Source: Candidatus Woesebacteria bacterium
GTDB taxonomy: Bacteria; Patescibacteriota; Microgenomatia; UBA8517
Assembly (NCBI GenBank): GCA_013426185.1
Contig: CP058602.1
Span: 138,231 to 202,230, forward strand
Reading direction: 5' to 3'
DNA: 64,000 nt
Part shown: piece after piece, positions 47,103-57,570 of the stretch
Numbering within the stretch: position 1 is the stretch's first letter
Layout of the letters: the number at the start of each line of letters is the position of its first letter
Position numbers and translations under genes: made by a program
Notes under the pieces: generated by a model
The model's database searches: none
What the model was told of the DNA's origin: nothing
The model's input: only the letters and a program-made list of their open reading frames with translations

Positions 47103-49033
47103 ATGTTACTCTCGTCTTTTCTGTGATTAAAAAAATTACTCAATGCCAATTTTAGCTTCAAACGATTAAAGCTGAATATTATAAAAGAGACTAAAATTAT
47201 GGCTAAAATAAAAATAATCAATATATTTGATAGTAGAACCTGATCTTTTACCCCTTTAATTTCCTTTGTTGTATTAACAAATTGTACTGAAATTTTAGCA
47301 GGAGTTTTTTGCGCTAAAAAAGAAAAAGGGATATCAAGATAGAACTCATAAGAATTAAAAGGTAAAAGAGTTGTAATTTTTTCTTCTTTTACCAGTTTGT
47401 TGTCAAAATAAACAAGAGCTTTTTGATCGTATAAGGCTGATTGTCCGCTATTGGTAATAATAAATTTAGCTTGATAAAAAGTAAGAGGTATTTTTGTTAT
47501 AAGTTGAATATCAGCTGATAACTTATTGTTTATTAAATCAGGCTTTCCCCCGAGAGTTACAAAGACATCTTTTGTGGGTTCAGAACCCAACTTATAAGAA
47601 CCTGCGCTTGGAGGATAGGTTGAATTTTCGCCATGAATCACGAAAGCAAAGTGTCTCAAGTCCTGTTTTTCAAAGAAATCAGCTCCGCGACTAGTTTTTT
47701 GCCAAGTTGGATCAACCGGTATCCAAATCTTTTGTCTTTCGTCCCAGTATTCAGGCCAAGAGTGAAGAACATCACTAACCAAAGAAAGCGGCATCAATTT
47801 AGGATCATCACTGTAAGCAAATCCGTTTATTTCTCTTGCAGGTATTCCCTTTGCTCTTAGGATAGCAATGAAAAGATCAGTAAATTCCATACAAATTGCA
47901 GAATTTGGGTTTTCAAGAACTTTTTTTGCCCCCAATCTTTGGACATTAGGTTTTGCTCTTTCATAATCGTAGTTGAGAGTGTTGACGACATAGTTATAGA
48001 CATCTTTTACGCTTCTTAGATTCTGAGCTAAATTTTTTATTTGTGGGTCGTCTGATTCCCAATAAGGTTGAGGAAGAGTGTTTTTGTACAAGGACTCTTC
48101 ACTTACAAAATTAATGCGTTGAAAAGATGGAAAGACTTGAGCATAACCTGTGGCTTTTATGTTCAGATTCTCGCGGGCAGAAAGATAATATTCGGCCAAC
48201 CAATTACCATCGTTATCAACAACTATACTTTTGGGTCTTGGATCAATATCTTCATAGAAAACTCGCTGAAAAGAGGTGTCAGGAGGAAGAGCTATTTTGG
48301 TTTTAGCTTCTTTGTTTAGAGGGTTCTCAAGATGATAATTGAGAGTAAAGGAAAAAACTTGAAAATTGCCAAATCCCAAAGTTACTCCAGTTTTTTCAAG
48401 TAGAGTCTCTTTATCAAATTCAAGGCCAATTTTGTCGTCTTTTTTGAATTTTGATTTTGCTTCAGGAGACGCGTAAGCAAGGTTACCAAAGTTTATAGGA
48501 ACAAGAACTTTAAGTTGATAGGAATTAAATTTCTCAATATCTCCCTGACGAGGCAAATAAATTTCCCAAACTTCTCCTATTTTCTGAGCAAAATTTGTTA
48601 TTTCGTAGCTTACGGTGAAGAGTCTCGTAGCTCCTTTACCAACCCTTGCATCTGGAAAATCAATTCTTAGCGTGGTCTTATTGTCCTTTTGTTCTTTATT
48701 AACAGTAAGGCTATTTCCTTCGCTTTCTGCTTTGACATTTTCAGGTTTAAAACCAATAAGATCAATAGCGTAACTTTGTGCATAAACTTCAGGCACTTCA
48801 TTTTTTAAAGTAATGTCTTGCCTGACAAAAGCCTTTCCCTCTTGATTGATATCGTAAGTAATAGAAGAATCTAAGCTAAAAGAAGATTGAGACCACGCTT
48901 GTTTTGTGAAACTAAAAAATAAGATAAGTAATATAAAAGGAGTTAAAAAAGCACGTTGTCTCCATTTAATTCTTGCCTGACGATTAATACCCAAGAGTTT
49001 TGAAAAGAGGAAAAAAAATCTTTTTTTCATCAC
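47099..49033 (-). CDS. Membrane-anchored transglutaminase-like protein
   Basis: CMEF, HSWPE, VDPTW catalytic triad; terminal TMs. Confidence 0.85.
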   Translation of the reverse strand: MMKKRFFFLFSKLLGINRQARIKWRQRAFLTPFILLILFFSFTKQAWSQSSFSLDSSITYDINQEGKAFVRQDITLKNEVPEVYAQSYAIDLIGFKPENVKAESEGNSLTVNKEQKDNKTTLRIDFPDARVGKGATRLFTVSYEITNFAQKIGEVWEIYLPRQGDIEKFNSYQLKVLVPINFGNLAYASPEAKSKFKKDDKIGLEFDKETLLEKTGVTLGFGNFQVFSFTLNYHLENPLNKEAKTKIALPPDTSFQRVFYEDIDPRPKSIVVDNDGNWLAEYYLSARENLNIKATGYAQVFPSFQRINFVSEESLYKNTLPQPYWESDDPQIKNLAQNLRSVKDVYNYVVNTLNYDYERAKPNVQRLGAKKVLENPNSAICMEFTDLFIAILRAKGIPAREINGFAYSDDPKLMPLSLVSDVLHSWPEYWDERQKIWIPVDPTWQKTSRGADFFEKQDLRHFAFVIHGENSTYPPSAGSYKLGSEPTKDVFVTLGGKPDLINNKLSADIQLITKIPLTFYQAKFIITNSGQSALYDQKALVYFDNKLVKEEKITTLLPFNSYEFYLDIPFSFLAQKTPAKISVQFVNTTKEIKGVKDQVLLSNILIIFILAIILVSFIIFSFNRLKLKLALSNFFNHRKDESNI

Positions 49034-49046
49034 TAATTAGTATATC

Positions 49047-51947
49047 CTAAAGATATCTTGCAGTATATGAATTTTTGCTCTTTTTTACTTCATCAACATT
49101 ACCTGAAGCTATAACATAACCACCCTTTTCGCCGCCTTCAGGACCAAGATCAATAATAAAATCAGCATTTTTGATAACATCAATATTGTGCTCTATCATA
49201 AAAACGCTATTTCCTCTTTCAACCAAAAGCTTTAAAACTCTAAGAAGTTTCTCTACATCAGCAAAATGAAGGCCCGTCGTTGGTTCATCTAAAATATAAA
49301 CAGTGCTTCCCGTTGCTTTTTTTGAAAGTTCCGCAGCTAATTTGACTCTTTGCGCTTCCCCTCCCGATAAAGTTGTGGCTGGCTGACCAAGCTTAATATA
49401 GCCTAAACCCACCTCTTTTAAGGTTTCAAGTTTGTGAATTATCTGGCTGTAGGAATGAAAATGTTCTAAAGCTTCATCAACTGACATATCAAGAACCTCA
49501 GCAATATTTTTGCCTCTAAAATTAATTTCCAAAGTGGAGCTGTTGTAACGTTTACCGTGACAAACATCGCAGGTAATCCAAATATCACTCATAAACTGCA
49601 TTTCTATCTTTATTTGACCTTGACCTTCACAAACTTCGCATCTTCCGCCTTTAACATTAAAGGAAAACCGACCTTTTTTAAAACCCATTGCTTTGGCTTC
49701 ACGAGTGTTGGCAAAAACATCTCTTATCAAATCAAAAACTTTGGTATAAGTCGCCGGATTACTACGTGGGGTTCTGCCTATTGGAGATTGGTCTATCAAG
49801 ATAACCTTATCTACTTTACCTGTGATTTGAATATCTTTAAGATTTAGATCTTTGTCTAAATAACCTGAATTAAGATAACTATTTAAAGCAGGATAAAGAG
49901 TATCAACCAAGAGAGTTGATTTTCCGCTTCCTGAAACGCCGGTTATTACTACCATCTTACCCAAGGGAAAATTGACATTAATATTTTTTAGATTGTAACG
50001 CGAAGCTCCTATCAATTTAATCTCGCCTTTTGGTGCAAGATCGTGAGACTTTGGTAAACTGATTGTCTTTTTGTTAGCAAGGTAAAGCCCAGTTTGCGAT
50101 TTTGTACTTTTTCTTAAATCACTGGGTGTGCCTTCAAAAACTACTTCTCCACCTTTTTCTCCCGCCTCAGGCCCAAAATCAACAACCCAATCAGCGCTTT
50201 CAATCATTTCTCTATCATGTTCTACAACAATAACGGTATTATCCAAATCTCTTAGTTTTTTAAGAGTAGCTATTAACTTTTGATTGTCTCTTGGGTGAAG
50301 ACCAATTGTAGGTTCATCTAAGACATAAAGGACGCCGGTTAGTCCAGAGCCAATTTGCGAAGCAAGTCTTATCCTTTGCGCCTCACCCCCTGAAAGAGAT
50401 GACGAACTTCGCGAAAGTGATAAATACTCAATACCAACCGAATTCAAAAAGCTAAGGCGTTGGTCTATTTCTTTAATAATGAGTTGAGAGATAGCCTGTT
50501 CCCTTTGGGAAATTATGCTTGGCAACTTTCTAATCCATTCAAGAAGCGAGGTTATAGAAAGTGCCGAGACTTCAGCAATTGATTTTTCGTCAATAGTTAT
50601 TGACAATGCTTCCTTTTTAAGTCTTGTACCATTACAAGTTTTACAGATTTCTTCTTTCATATATTTTCCTATTTCTTGTTTAACATATTCGGAACTTGTC
50701 TCCTGATATTTTTCCTCAAGATCAGAAATTAAGCCTTTAAACTTCTCTAAAATACTTGTTTTATTGCCCCAGCGATTAAGGCCATAAACTTGATATAATT
50801 TATCTCCTGTCCCATAAAGAAGAATATCAATCTTTTCTTTGGAATATGTTTTTATTGGTTGTCTTGGGTCAATTCCGTTTTCCTCACATACCTTAAGGAT
50901 TATTCTTGAATACCAAGTATCTTTTTCAAAAAGACGAGAAAAAGGTAAAATTCCACCCTCGGTTATGGAAAGATCAAAAGCAAAAATTTTTTGAGGATCT
51001 ATTTTTAGAACTTTTCCTAAGCCGGAGCAGTCAGGACAAGCACCAAAAGGAGAGTTAAAAGAGAAAGTTCTTGGCTCAATTTCAGGAATTTGGATATTGT
51101 CAACAGGACAGGCAAAAAGCTCCGAAAAAAGATGATCTCTAAATTCCTTTGGCATTTTTGACATTTCAAAATCAGAATCTAAAATTTCAGACAAAATAAC
51201 ACCCCCTTCAGATAGATTTAAGGCTTGGGAAAGAGAGTCAACTAGTCTTGTTTTAAAACTGTTTAAAAATATTTTATCTCTGAAATCTTTTTCGCTTAAG
51301 CTGAATTTATCAACTACTGCCTCAATAGAATGTTTATTGGTTTTAATCAAAAAAAGCTCTTCATCAAGGGATTTGATAACACCGTCTATTCTTGCTTCTC
51401 TATAGCCTTTTGCCTTGATATTACTAAAAAGAGAAGTAAATTCGCCTTTTCTTTCTCTCACAAGAGGTGAAAGAACTAAAAATCTCATTATTTTTTTTTC
51501 TTTGAGCTTCTCTTGAATTAATTTCATAACACTTCCTGTAATTTCATCAATACTCTGGTGAGAAATTTCTCTTCCACAGACAGGACAATGGGGATGTCCA
51601 ATTCTAGCAAAAAGAAGGCGCAAGTAATCATATATCTCAGTAATTGTTCCCACTGTTGAGCGAGGATTATGGGAAGTGGTTTTTTGATCAATTGAGATAG
51701 CAGGAGATAAGCCTTCAATAAAATCCACATCAGGTTTATCCATTACTCCCAAGAATTGGCGAGCATAAGTTGAAAGAGATTCAACATATCTCCTTTGGCC
51801 TTCAGCATAAATAGTGTCAAAAGCAAGCGATGTCTTACCACTACCTGAAACTCCCGTAAAAACTACCAGTTTGTTTTTGGGAATATCAAGATTAACATTT
51901 TTAAGATTATGCTGTCTTGCACCTCTGATTTTGATAAAATTTTGCAT
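49047..51947 (-). CDS. uvrA: Excinuclease ABC subunit A
   Basis: Two GVSGSGK and two LSGGEAQR motifs. Confidence 0.98.
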   Translation of the reverse strand: MQNFIKIRGARQHNLKNVNLDIPKNKLVVFTGVSGSGKTSLAFDTIYAEGQRRYVESLSTYARQFLGVMDKPDVDFIEGLSPAISIDQKTTSHNPRSTVGTITEIYDYLRLLFARIGHPHCPVCGREISHQSIDEITGSVMKLIQEKLKEKKIMRFLVLSPLVRERKGEFTSLFSNIKAKGYREARIDGVIKSLDEELFLIKTNKHSIEAVVDKFSLSEKDFRDKIFLNSFKTRLVDSLSQALNLSEGGVILSEILDSDFEMSKMPKEFRDHLFSELFACPVDNIQIPEIEPRTFSFNSPFGACPDCSGLGKVLKIDPQKIFAFDLSITEGGILPFSRLFEKDTWYSRIILKVCEENGIDPRQPIKTYSKEKIDILLYGTGDKLYQVYGLNRWGNKTSILEKFKGLISDLEEKYQETSSEYVKQEIGKYMKEEICKTCNGTRLKKEALSITIDEKSIAEVSALSITSLLEWIRKLPSIISQREQAISQLIIKEIDQRLSFLNSVGIEYLSLSRSSSSLSGGEAQRIRLASQIGSGLTGVLYVLDEPTIGLHPRDNQKLIATLKKLRDLDNTVIVVEHDREMIESADWVVDFGPEAGEKGGEVVFEGTPSDLRKSTKSQTGLYLANKKTISLPKSHDLAPKGEIKLIGASRYNLKNINVNFPLGKMVVITGVSGSGKSTLLVDTLYPALNSYLNSGYLDKDLNLKDIQITGKVDKVILIDQSPIGRTPRSNPATYTKVFDLIRDVFANTREAKAMGFKKGRFSFNVKGGRCEVCEGQGQIKIEMQFMSDIWITCDVCHGKRYNSSTLEINFRGKNIAEVLDMSVDEALEHFHSYSQIIHKLETLKEVGLGYIKLGQPATTLSGGEAQRVKLAAELSKKATGSTVYILDEPTTGLHFADVEKLLRVLKLLVERGNSVFMIEHNIDVIKNADFIIDLGPEGGEKGGYVIASGNVDEVKKSKNSYTARYL

Positions 51948-51952
51948 AGTGT

Positions 51953-53968
51953 TTAACTTGCCGCCTCAAGCTCTTTAATTTTATCCCTGATTTTAATTGC
52001 TAGTTCAAAATCAAGATTAACTGCCGCTAAATTCATCTCTCGTTTTAATTTATTAATTAATTTTTTTCTGTCAAGAGGTGTTAAACTTTCAACATCAAAA
52101 TTTTCAAGGTTACCAAAGACTGATTCTTTTTGGGTCAATTGTTCAATAAACCCGAGTTCTTCCTTTTCAATCACCCTTTTGCGGATGGGTTTAACTATAT
52201 TTTGCGGCACAATTCCATATTTTTTATTGACCTTGAGTTGACATTCCCTTCTTCTTTTTACTTCATCTAAAGCGCCTTTTATTGAATCGGTAATCGTGTC
52301 GGCGTATAAAATTACTCTGCCTTCAATATGCCTTGCAGCTCTACCCATTGTTTGAATTAATGTCGTTTTTGAACGCAAAAAGCCTTCTTTATCAGCATCA
52401 AGAATGGCAACAAGCGAGACCTCCGGTAAATCAAGTCCTTCTCTTAAAAGATTGACTCCAATTAAAACATCGTAATCTCCTCTTCTTAAACTGTCTAAAA
52501 TATCGGATCTTTCAAGAGTTTTAATTTCAGAATGCAAATAGTGGACTTTTAATCCCTGTTCTTTAAGGTAAGAGGCTAAATCTTCAGCCATAGTTTTAGT
52601 TAGGGTTGTAACTAAAGTTCGCTGCTTTTTATTTATCTGCTTTTTGATTTCTGAAATTACATCAGCAACTTGATTTTTGGTTGGTTTAATTTCAACTTCT
52701 GGATCAGGAATTCCAGTCGGGCGAGCTAAAAGCTCCACTACTTTACCTTGGGAAAACCTAATTTCCCAATCATCAGGAGTAGCCGAGGTGGCAAGAAAAC
52801 TAGGAACCTTGCTTAAAAATTCGTCAAACTTCAAAGGCCGATTATCAAGAGCAGAAGGAAGCCTAAAGCCATAGTCAATTAAAGTCTGTTTGCGCGCGCG
52901 ATCACCATTAAACATTCCTCTTATTTGAGGAAATGTAATATGAGATTCATCTACAATAACAAGCCAATCTTTGCCGTATGAATTCTGGAAATAGTCAAGA
53001 AGAGAAAAAGGAGGTTCTCCCTTTTTCCTGCCGTCAAAATAGCGTGAGTAATTCTCAATTCCCTTAACATATCCAAACTCACGAATCATCTCTAAATCAT
53101 AAGTTACCTTTTGTTTAATTCTTTGTGCCGAGATTAAATCATTCTTCTTCTCAAAAAATCTAACTCTCTCTTCCATATCTTTTTTAATCTCATCAATTAT
53201 TTGATCTTCATTTCTATCAGCCAAAAAATGCTTAGCAGGAAAAATGGTGACATTCCCTTCCTCTTGCCCTTCTTTTTCTCCTGTCAGTGGATCAAAGTAA
53301 AAAATAGCTTCAACTATCCCTCTATCTATAACTATTCGAAGAGCCCTGTCTTGATAAGCGGGAAAGACATCAATAGAATCGCCACGCAGACGAAACATAG
53401 CCCTTTTGAACTCGAATTCTCCTCTTTCGTATTGAAGGTCAACCAATTTCTCTGTTATCTCCTTTAAGTTAATTTTGTCCCCCCTTTTTAATTGGATAGC
53501 AAATTTGCCATAATTTTTAGGAGAACCTAAATTATAAATGCAGGAAACCGAAGCAACTACAACAACATCACGACGACTTAAAAGATTGCTGGTTGTTTCA
53601 AGTCTTAATTTATCAATTAATTCATTGATAGCAGAATCTTTTTCGATATAGGTATCAGTTGAAGGAATATAGGCTTCTGGTTGATAATAGTCATAATAGG
53701 AAATAAAAAAAGAGACTGCATTATTGGGGAAAAACTCTCTTATCTCCTGATAAAGCTGTCCTGCAAGGGTTTTATTATGAGAGATTATCAAAGTTGGAAT
53801 TTGCAATTTCTCAATTAAGTTTGCCATAACAAAAGTCTTGCCAGAGCCTGTTACACCCAAAAGGACCTGGTAATGATTGCCTGACTTAAAACCACTAACC
53901 AGTTCTTCAACAGCTCTCCTTTGCTCTACTGTTGGTTTGTAAGGTAAATTTAAATTAAATATTTTCAT
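51953..53968 (-). CDS. uvrB: Excinuclease ABC subunit B
   Basis: [29 protein letters not shown]; ATG at 53968 preferred. Confidence 0.97.
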   Translation of the reverse strand: MKIFNLNLPYKPTVEQRRAVEELVSGFKSGNHYQVLLGVTGSGKTFVMANLIEKLQIPTLIISHNKTLAGQLYQEIREFFPNNAVSFFISYYDYYQPEAYIPSTDTYIEKDSAINELIDKLRLETTSNLLSRRDVVVVASVSCIYNLGSPKNYGKFAIQLKRGDKINLKEITEKLVDLQYERGEFEFKRAMFRLRGDSIDVFPAYQDRALRIVIDRGIVEAIFYFDPLTGEKEGQEEGNVTIFPAKHFLADRNEDQIIDEIKKDMEERVRFFEKKNDLISAQRIKQKVTYDLEMIREFGYVKGIENYSRYFDGRKKGEPPFSLLDYFQNSYGKDWLVIVDESHITFPQIRGMFNGDRARKQTLIDYGFRLPSALDNRPLKFDEFLSKVPSFLATSATPDDWEIRFSQGKVVELLARPTGIPDPEVEIKPTKNQVADVISEIKKQINKKQRTLVTTLTKTMAEDLASYLKEQGLKVHYLHSEIKTLERSDILDSLRRGDYDVLIGVNLLREGLDLPEVSLVAILDADKEGFLRSKTTLIQTMGRAARHIEGRVILYADTITDSIKGALDEVKRRRECQLKVNKKYGIVPQNIVKPIRKRVIEKEELGFIEQLTQKESVFGNLENFDVESLTPLDRKKLINKLKREMNLAAVNLDFELAIKIRDKIKELEAAS

Positions 53969-54014
53969 TTTGGCTATTGACAAATTCGGTTTATTTTTGG
54001 TAATAATTACTATT

Positions 54015-54632
54015 ATGACACCTGTTCTTTACAAGAGGCAAGCTATTATACTAGATTTTTTGAAGCAATACATCCAAAAGTATGGCATTGCCCCAAATTT
54101 GAAACAAATAGCTGAAGCTACTAATCTTAGAGCTATATCAACTGTTCACGAACATCTTTGTAATTTGGAAAAGCTAGGATTTATCAAAAGAAGCAATAGA
54201 GGTAAAGAGATAGAGATACTTAATGAAAATATTACTTTTTCACCCAAGGGGATAGAAGTTCCCATTTTGGGTTTTGTTGCTGCAGGTCTACCAATTGAAC
54301 CATACACTGACCCTAATGCTCAGATTGGTATTCCGCCCTCTTTTGCTAAAAGCAATAAAAGAGTTTTTGTCCTTCAGGTACGTGGTGAATCAATGATTGA
54401 AGAACAAATAAGAGACGGGGATTACGTGGTTTGCGAACAAACAGAGACAGCTAAAAATGGCGATATCGTTATAGCCCTTCTTGATAATGGAACAGCAACC
54501 CTAAAGAAGTTTTTTAAGGAGGCTACAAGAATTAGGCTAGAACCTGCTAATGCCAAGATGGAACCTATTTTTGTCAAAAATGTCAGAGTGCAAGGCAAAG
54601 TAATCGGTTTAATCAGAAAATATGTTAACTAG
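54015..54632 (+). CDS. lexA: SOS repressor LexA
   Basis: wHTH, VAAGLP cleavage site, GESM Ser, TLKK Lys; ATG at 54015. Confidence 0.95.
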   Translation: MTPVLYKRQAIILDFLKQYIQKYGIAPNLKQIAEATNLRAISTVHEHLCNLEKLGFIKRSNRGKEIEILNENITFSPKGIEVPILGFVAAGLPIEPYTDPNAQIGIPPSFAKSNKRVFVLQVRGESMIEEQIRDGDYVVCEQTETAKNGDIVIALLDNGTATLKKFFKEATRIRLEPANAKMEPIFVKNVRVQGKVIGLIRKYVN

Positions 54633-56319
54633 ATAAGCTTGTCAGAAGGTTTCTCCCCATCATTTGTGAAGGAATTGGTAATTCAAGAAGAGAAAGAACT
54701 GTAGGGGCAACATCAGCTAAAATTCCAGAAATCAGAGTTTGCGATTTTCCTATAAAATTTCTTGAAATAGCAATAAAAGGAACTGGAGAGCTGTCGTGTT
54801 CCGTCTCAATTTGCCCCGTTGCAGGATTAATCATAACTTCAACGTTGCCATGATCGGCAGTTATCAAAAGATATCCTCCAAAAGCAAGTATAAAATTGGC
54901 AATCTTACCCACACATTGGTCTACTACTTCGCAAGCCTTAACGGCAGCGCCAATATTGCCAGTGTGCCCCACCATATCGGGATTGGCAAAATTAACAAGA
55001 ACAAATTGGTAAACATCTTGCTTCAAGGCAGAAATTAGTTTGTCTGTTAATTCATAAACAGACATCTCCGGCTTAAGATCATAAGTTGGCACATTTGGCG
55101 AAGGAACAATTATCCTTTCTTCCCCAGGAAATGGATTTTCTCTTTGACCATTGAAATAAAAGGTTACAAACCTCTCTTTTTCTGATTCACTCATTCTTAA
55201 TTGTCTTAGGGAATTTTCAGCAATTACTCTTCCTAAAGGCATTTCTACTATCTCGGGTGGAAAAAGTGCGTGAGCACCACTTTCTGAAAGAGATTTACTA
55301 TATTCTGTCATAGTACAGAAAAATAAATTATTAAGTTTGACTTTCCTTTCAAACACTTTCTGATAAAAAGCAACCTTACCAATTAAATGCATCTTTTTAT
55401 ATCTTTCAAGATATGGATCAAAATCCAAGGCCAAGCTAGTATTGCTGAAATCATCAACAATAAAAGCCGATGTTAATTGTCTAGGCCTATCTATTCTGAA
55501 ATTAAAGAAAATGACAACATCATTATCAGATATCAAAGACACGGGTTTGCCCTCTTGATTTGTTATCAATGCAGGTTCTATAAATTCATCTGTCTTGCCT
55601 TCAGAATATGAAAATTGAATAGCTTCTTCCGGGGTCTTAACCAGATTTCCCTTTCCTTCAGTCAATGCTTCGTACGCTTTCTGAGTTCTATCCCAACGAC
55701 GATCTCGGTCCATAGCCCAGTATCTACCCATTAAAGAGGCAATAACTCCCACCCCTTCTCTTTCAATCACTTTCCTTAGCGAGTTTATGTATGAAATAGA
55801 AGCTGTGGGAGGTGAATCTCTACCATCGGTAATAATATGCAAAAACAGCCGATCAAACTTATTTTGACTAAAAAACTTAATCAAGGCATACAGATGTTCA
55901 GCACTTGAATGAACACCACCTGCTCCAAGAAGTCCTAAAAGATGAATCTTAGAATTAAATTTAATAGCATGATCTAAAGCTTGTTTTAAAACTGGGTTTT
56001 CAAGAAAAGAACCATCAGCAATTGCCATGTTTATTCTTTCCAAGTCTTGGTAAACAATTCTTCCAGCCCCTAAATTTAAATGGCCTGTTTCGGTATTGCC
56101 GACTTCGCCTCGAGGTAAGCCAACAGCATCACCAGAAGCCAAAAGCTGTGTGTGAGGAAAAGAGGCCCAAAACTGATTCATATTGGGAGTTTCTGCCAAA
56201 CTAATAGCATTTCCAGGACCAGGAGGAGCCAATCCCCATCCGTCAAGAACCAAGAGAACTACTAGCTTTTTATCCTCAAGAGGCATTTTGTTTAAGATAA
56301 GCGGAAATTTCCGATTCAA
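54625..56319 (-). CDS. gpmI: 2,3-bisphosphoglycerate-independent phosphoglycerate mutase (start possibly 56286)
   Basis: LDGWG, GNTETGH, DGRD, NPDMVGHTG, ADHGN. Confidence 0.95.
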   Translation of the reverse strand: MNRKFPLILNKMPLEDKKLVVLLVLDGWGLAPPGPGNAISLAETPNMNQFWASFPHTQLLASGDAVGLPRGEVGNTETGHLNLGAGRIVYQDLERINMAIADGSFLENPVLKQALDHAIKFNSKIHLLGLLGAGGVHSSAEHLYALIKFFSQNKFDRLFLHIITDGRDSPPTASISYINSLRKVIEREGVGVIASLMGRYWAMDRDRRWDRTQKAYEALTEGKGNLVKTPEEAIQFSYSEGKTDEFIEPALITNQEGKPVSLISDNDVVIFFNFRIDRPRQLTSAFIVDDFSNTSLALDFDPYLERYKKMHLIGKVAFYQKVFERKVKLNNLFFCTMTEYSKSLSESGAHALFPPEIVEMPLGRVIAENSLRQLRMSESEKERFVTFYFNGQRENPFPGEERIIVPSPNVPTYDLKPEMSVYELTDKLISALKQDVYQFVLVNFANPDMVGHTGNIGAAVKACEVVDQCVGKIANFILAFGGYLLITADHGNVEVMINPATGQIETEHDSSPVPFIAISRNFIGKSQTLISGILADVAPTVLSLLELPIPSQMMGRNLLTSLSS

Positions 56320-57559
56320 TTGTTAATAATCTATTATATTTGGCCACCCGCTCTCCTCTTGCCGGAGCTCCAAACTTAACATAATCAGCTCCTACACCAA
56401 CAGCAAAGTCGGCAATAAACCAGTCATTGGTTTCACCTGAACGATGAGAAACAACTATTTTAAGACCATTTTCTCTTGCCAGTTTTATAACTTTTAAGGT
56501 CTCGCTAATTGTACCAACTTGGTTAGGTTTGACCAAAACTGCAGTGCAAGCTTTTTCTGTAATTGCTTTTTGCACTTTTTCAGGGTTTGTCACCAAAAGA
56601 TCATCACCAACAATAATTGTTTCAGAGGCAAGCATCTCAGTTATTTTTTTCCAACCTTCCCAGTCATCTTCTTCTAAAGGGTCTTCCAAAATAGCCAAGT
56701 GATATTGATCATTCAAGACTTTGTAGTATTCAAGCATCGCAGGTTTATCAAGAGGCGAAGTTTTATCTTTTATCTGATAACTACCATTTTTGTAAAAGAC
56801 AGAGGCAGCGGCATCAAGCCCTAGAAAGACATCTCTCCCCAACCCATATCTTGTTTGTTTTATGCTTTCAACCAAAAGCTCAAGAGCATCCATATTGGTA
56901 AAAAGATTAGGAGCAAATCCTCCTTCATCTCCAACTGAGTGGATTGCTCCTTTTTGCCGCAATTTGTTACCCGCCACCATATAGATTTCAGCAGCCATTC
57001 TTAATCCTTCAGAATAAGATTTAAAAGAAACGGGAACAATATGAAACTCCTGAAAATCAAGGTTACTTGCTCCATGCAAACCACCGTTAACAATATTGAA
57101 AATCGGAGTAGGGATTTTGGTATAAACAGTTATGCCCATTTTTTTCATCAGAGAAAGAACCCAACTGTAAAGAGTAAGATTATTGGCAATAGCTCCTAAT
57201 CTCAAAGCCAGTCCTGAAACAGCCAAAATGGCATTTGCTCCTAGTTTTGATTTATTTGGTGTTCCATCAAGATTAATTAGAATATTGTCTATTTCTTCTT
57301 GATTTGAAGGATCTTTTCCCAAGACCGCCTGTGCTAAGACGGTGTTAACATTATTTACTGCTTTTAAAACTCCCTTACCATAAAATCTGTCTTCATCCTG
57401 ATCTCTTAGTTCGATTGCCTCATGGCTTCCAGTTGAAGCTCCTGCTGGAACAGAAAAAACAGCTATCTGGCCGCTATCAAGTTGGCCAGCCACTTCAATT
57501 GTAGGCATGCCTCTTGAATCCAAAATTTCTCTTGCCCAAATTTGCTTTATAGTAGCCAT
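56276..57559 (-). CDS. eno: Enolase
   Basis: EILDSRG, GDEGGFAP, SHRSGET. Confidence 0.97.
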   Translation of the reverse strand: MATIKQIWAREILDSRGMPTIEVAGQLDSGQIAVFSVPAGASTGSHEAIELRDQDEDRFYGKGVLKAVNNVNTVLAQAVLGKDPSNQEEIDNILINLDGTPNKSKLGANAILAVSGLALRLGAIANNLTLYSWVLSLMKKMGITVYTKIPTPIFNIVNGGLHGASNLDFQEFHIVPVSFKSYSEGLRMAAEIYMVAGNKLRQKGAIHSVGDEGGFAPNLFTNMDALELLVESIKQTRYGLGRDVFLGLDAAASVFYKNGSYQIKDKTSPLDKPAMLEYYKVLNDQYHLAILEDPLEEDDWEGWKKITEMLASETIIVGDDLLVTNPEKVQKAITEKACTAVLVKPNQVGTISETLKVIKLARENGLKIVVSHRSGETNDWFIADFAVGVGADYVKFGAPARGERVAKYNRLLTIESEISAYLKQNAS

Positions 57560-57570
57560 AAAAACAAAAA

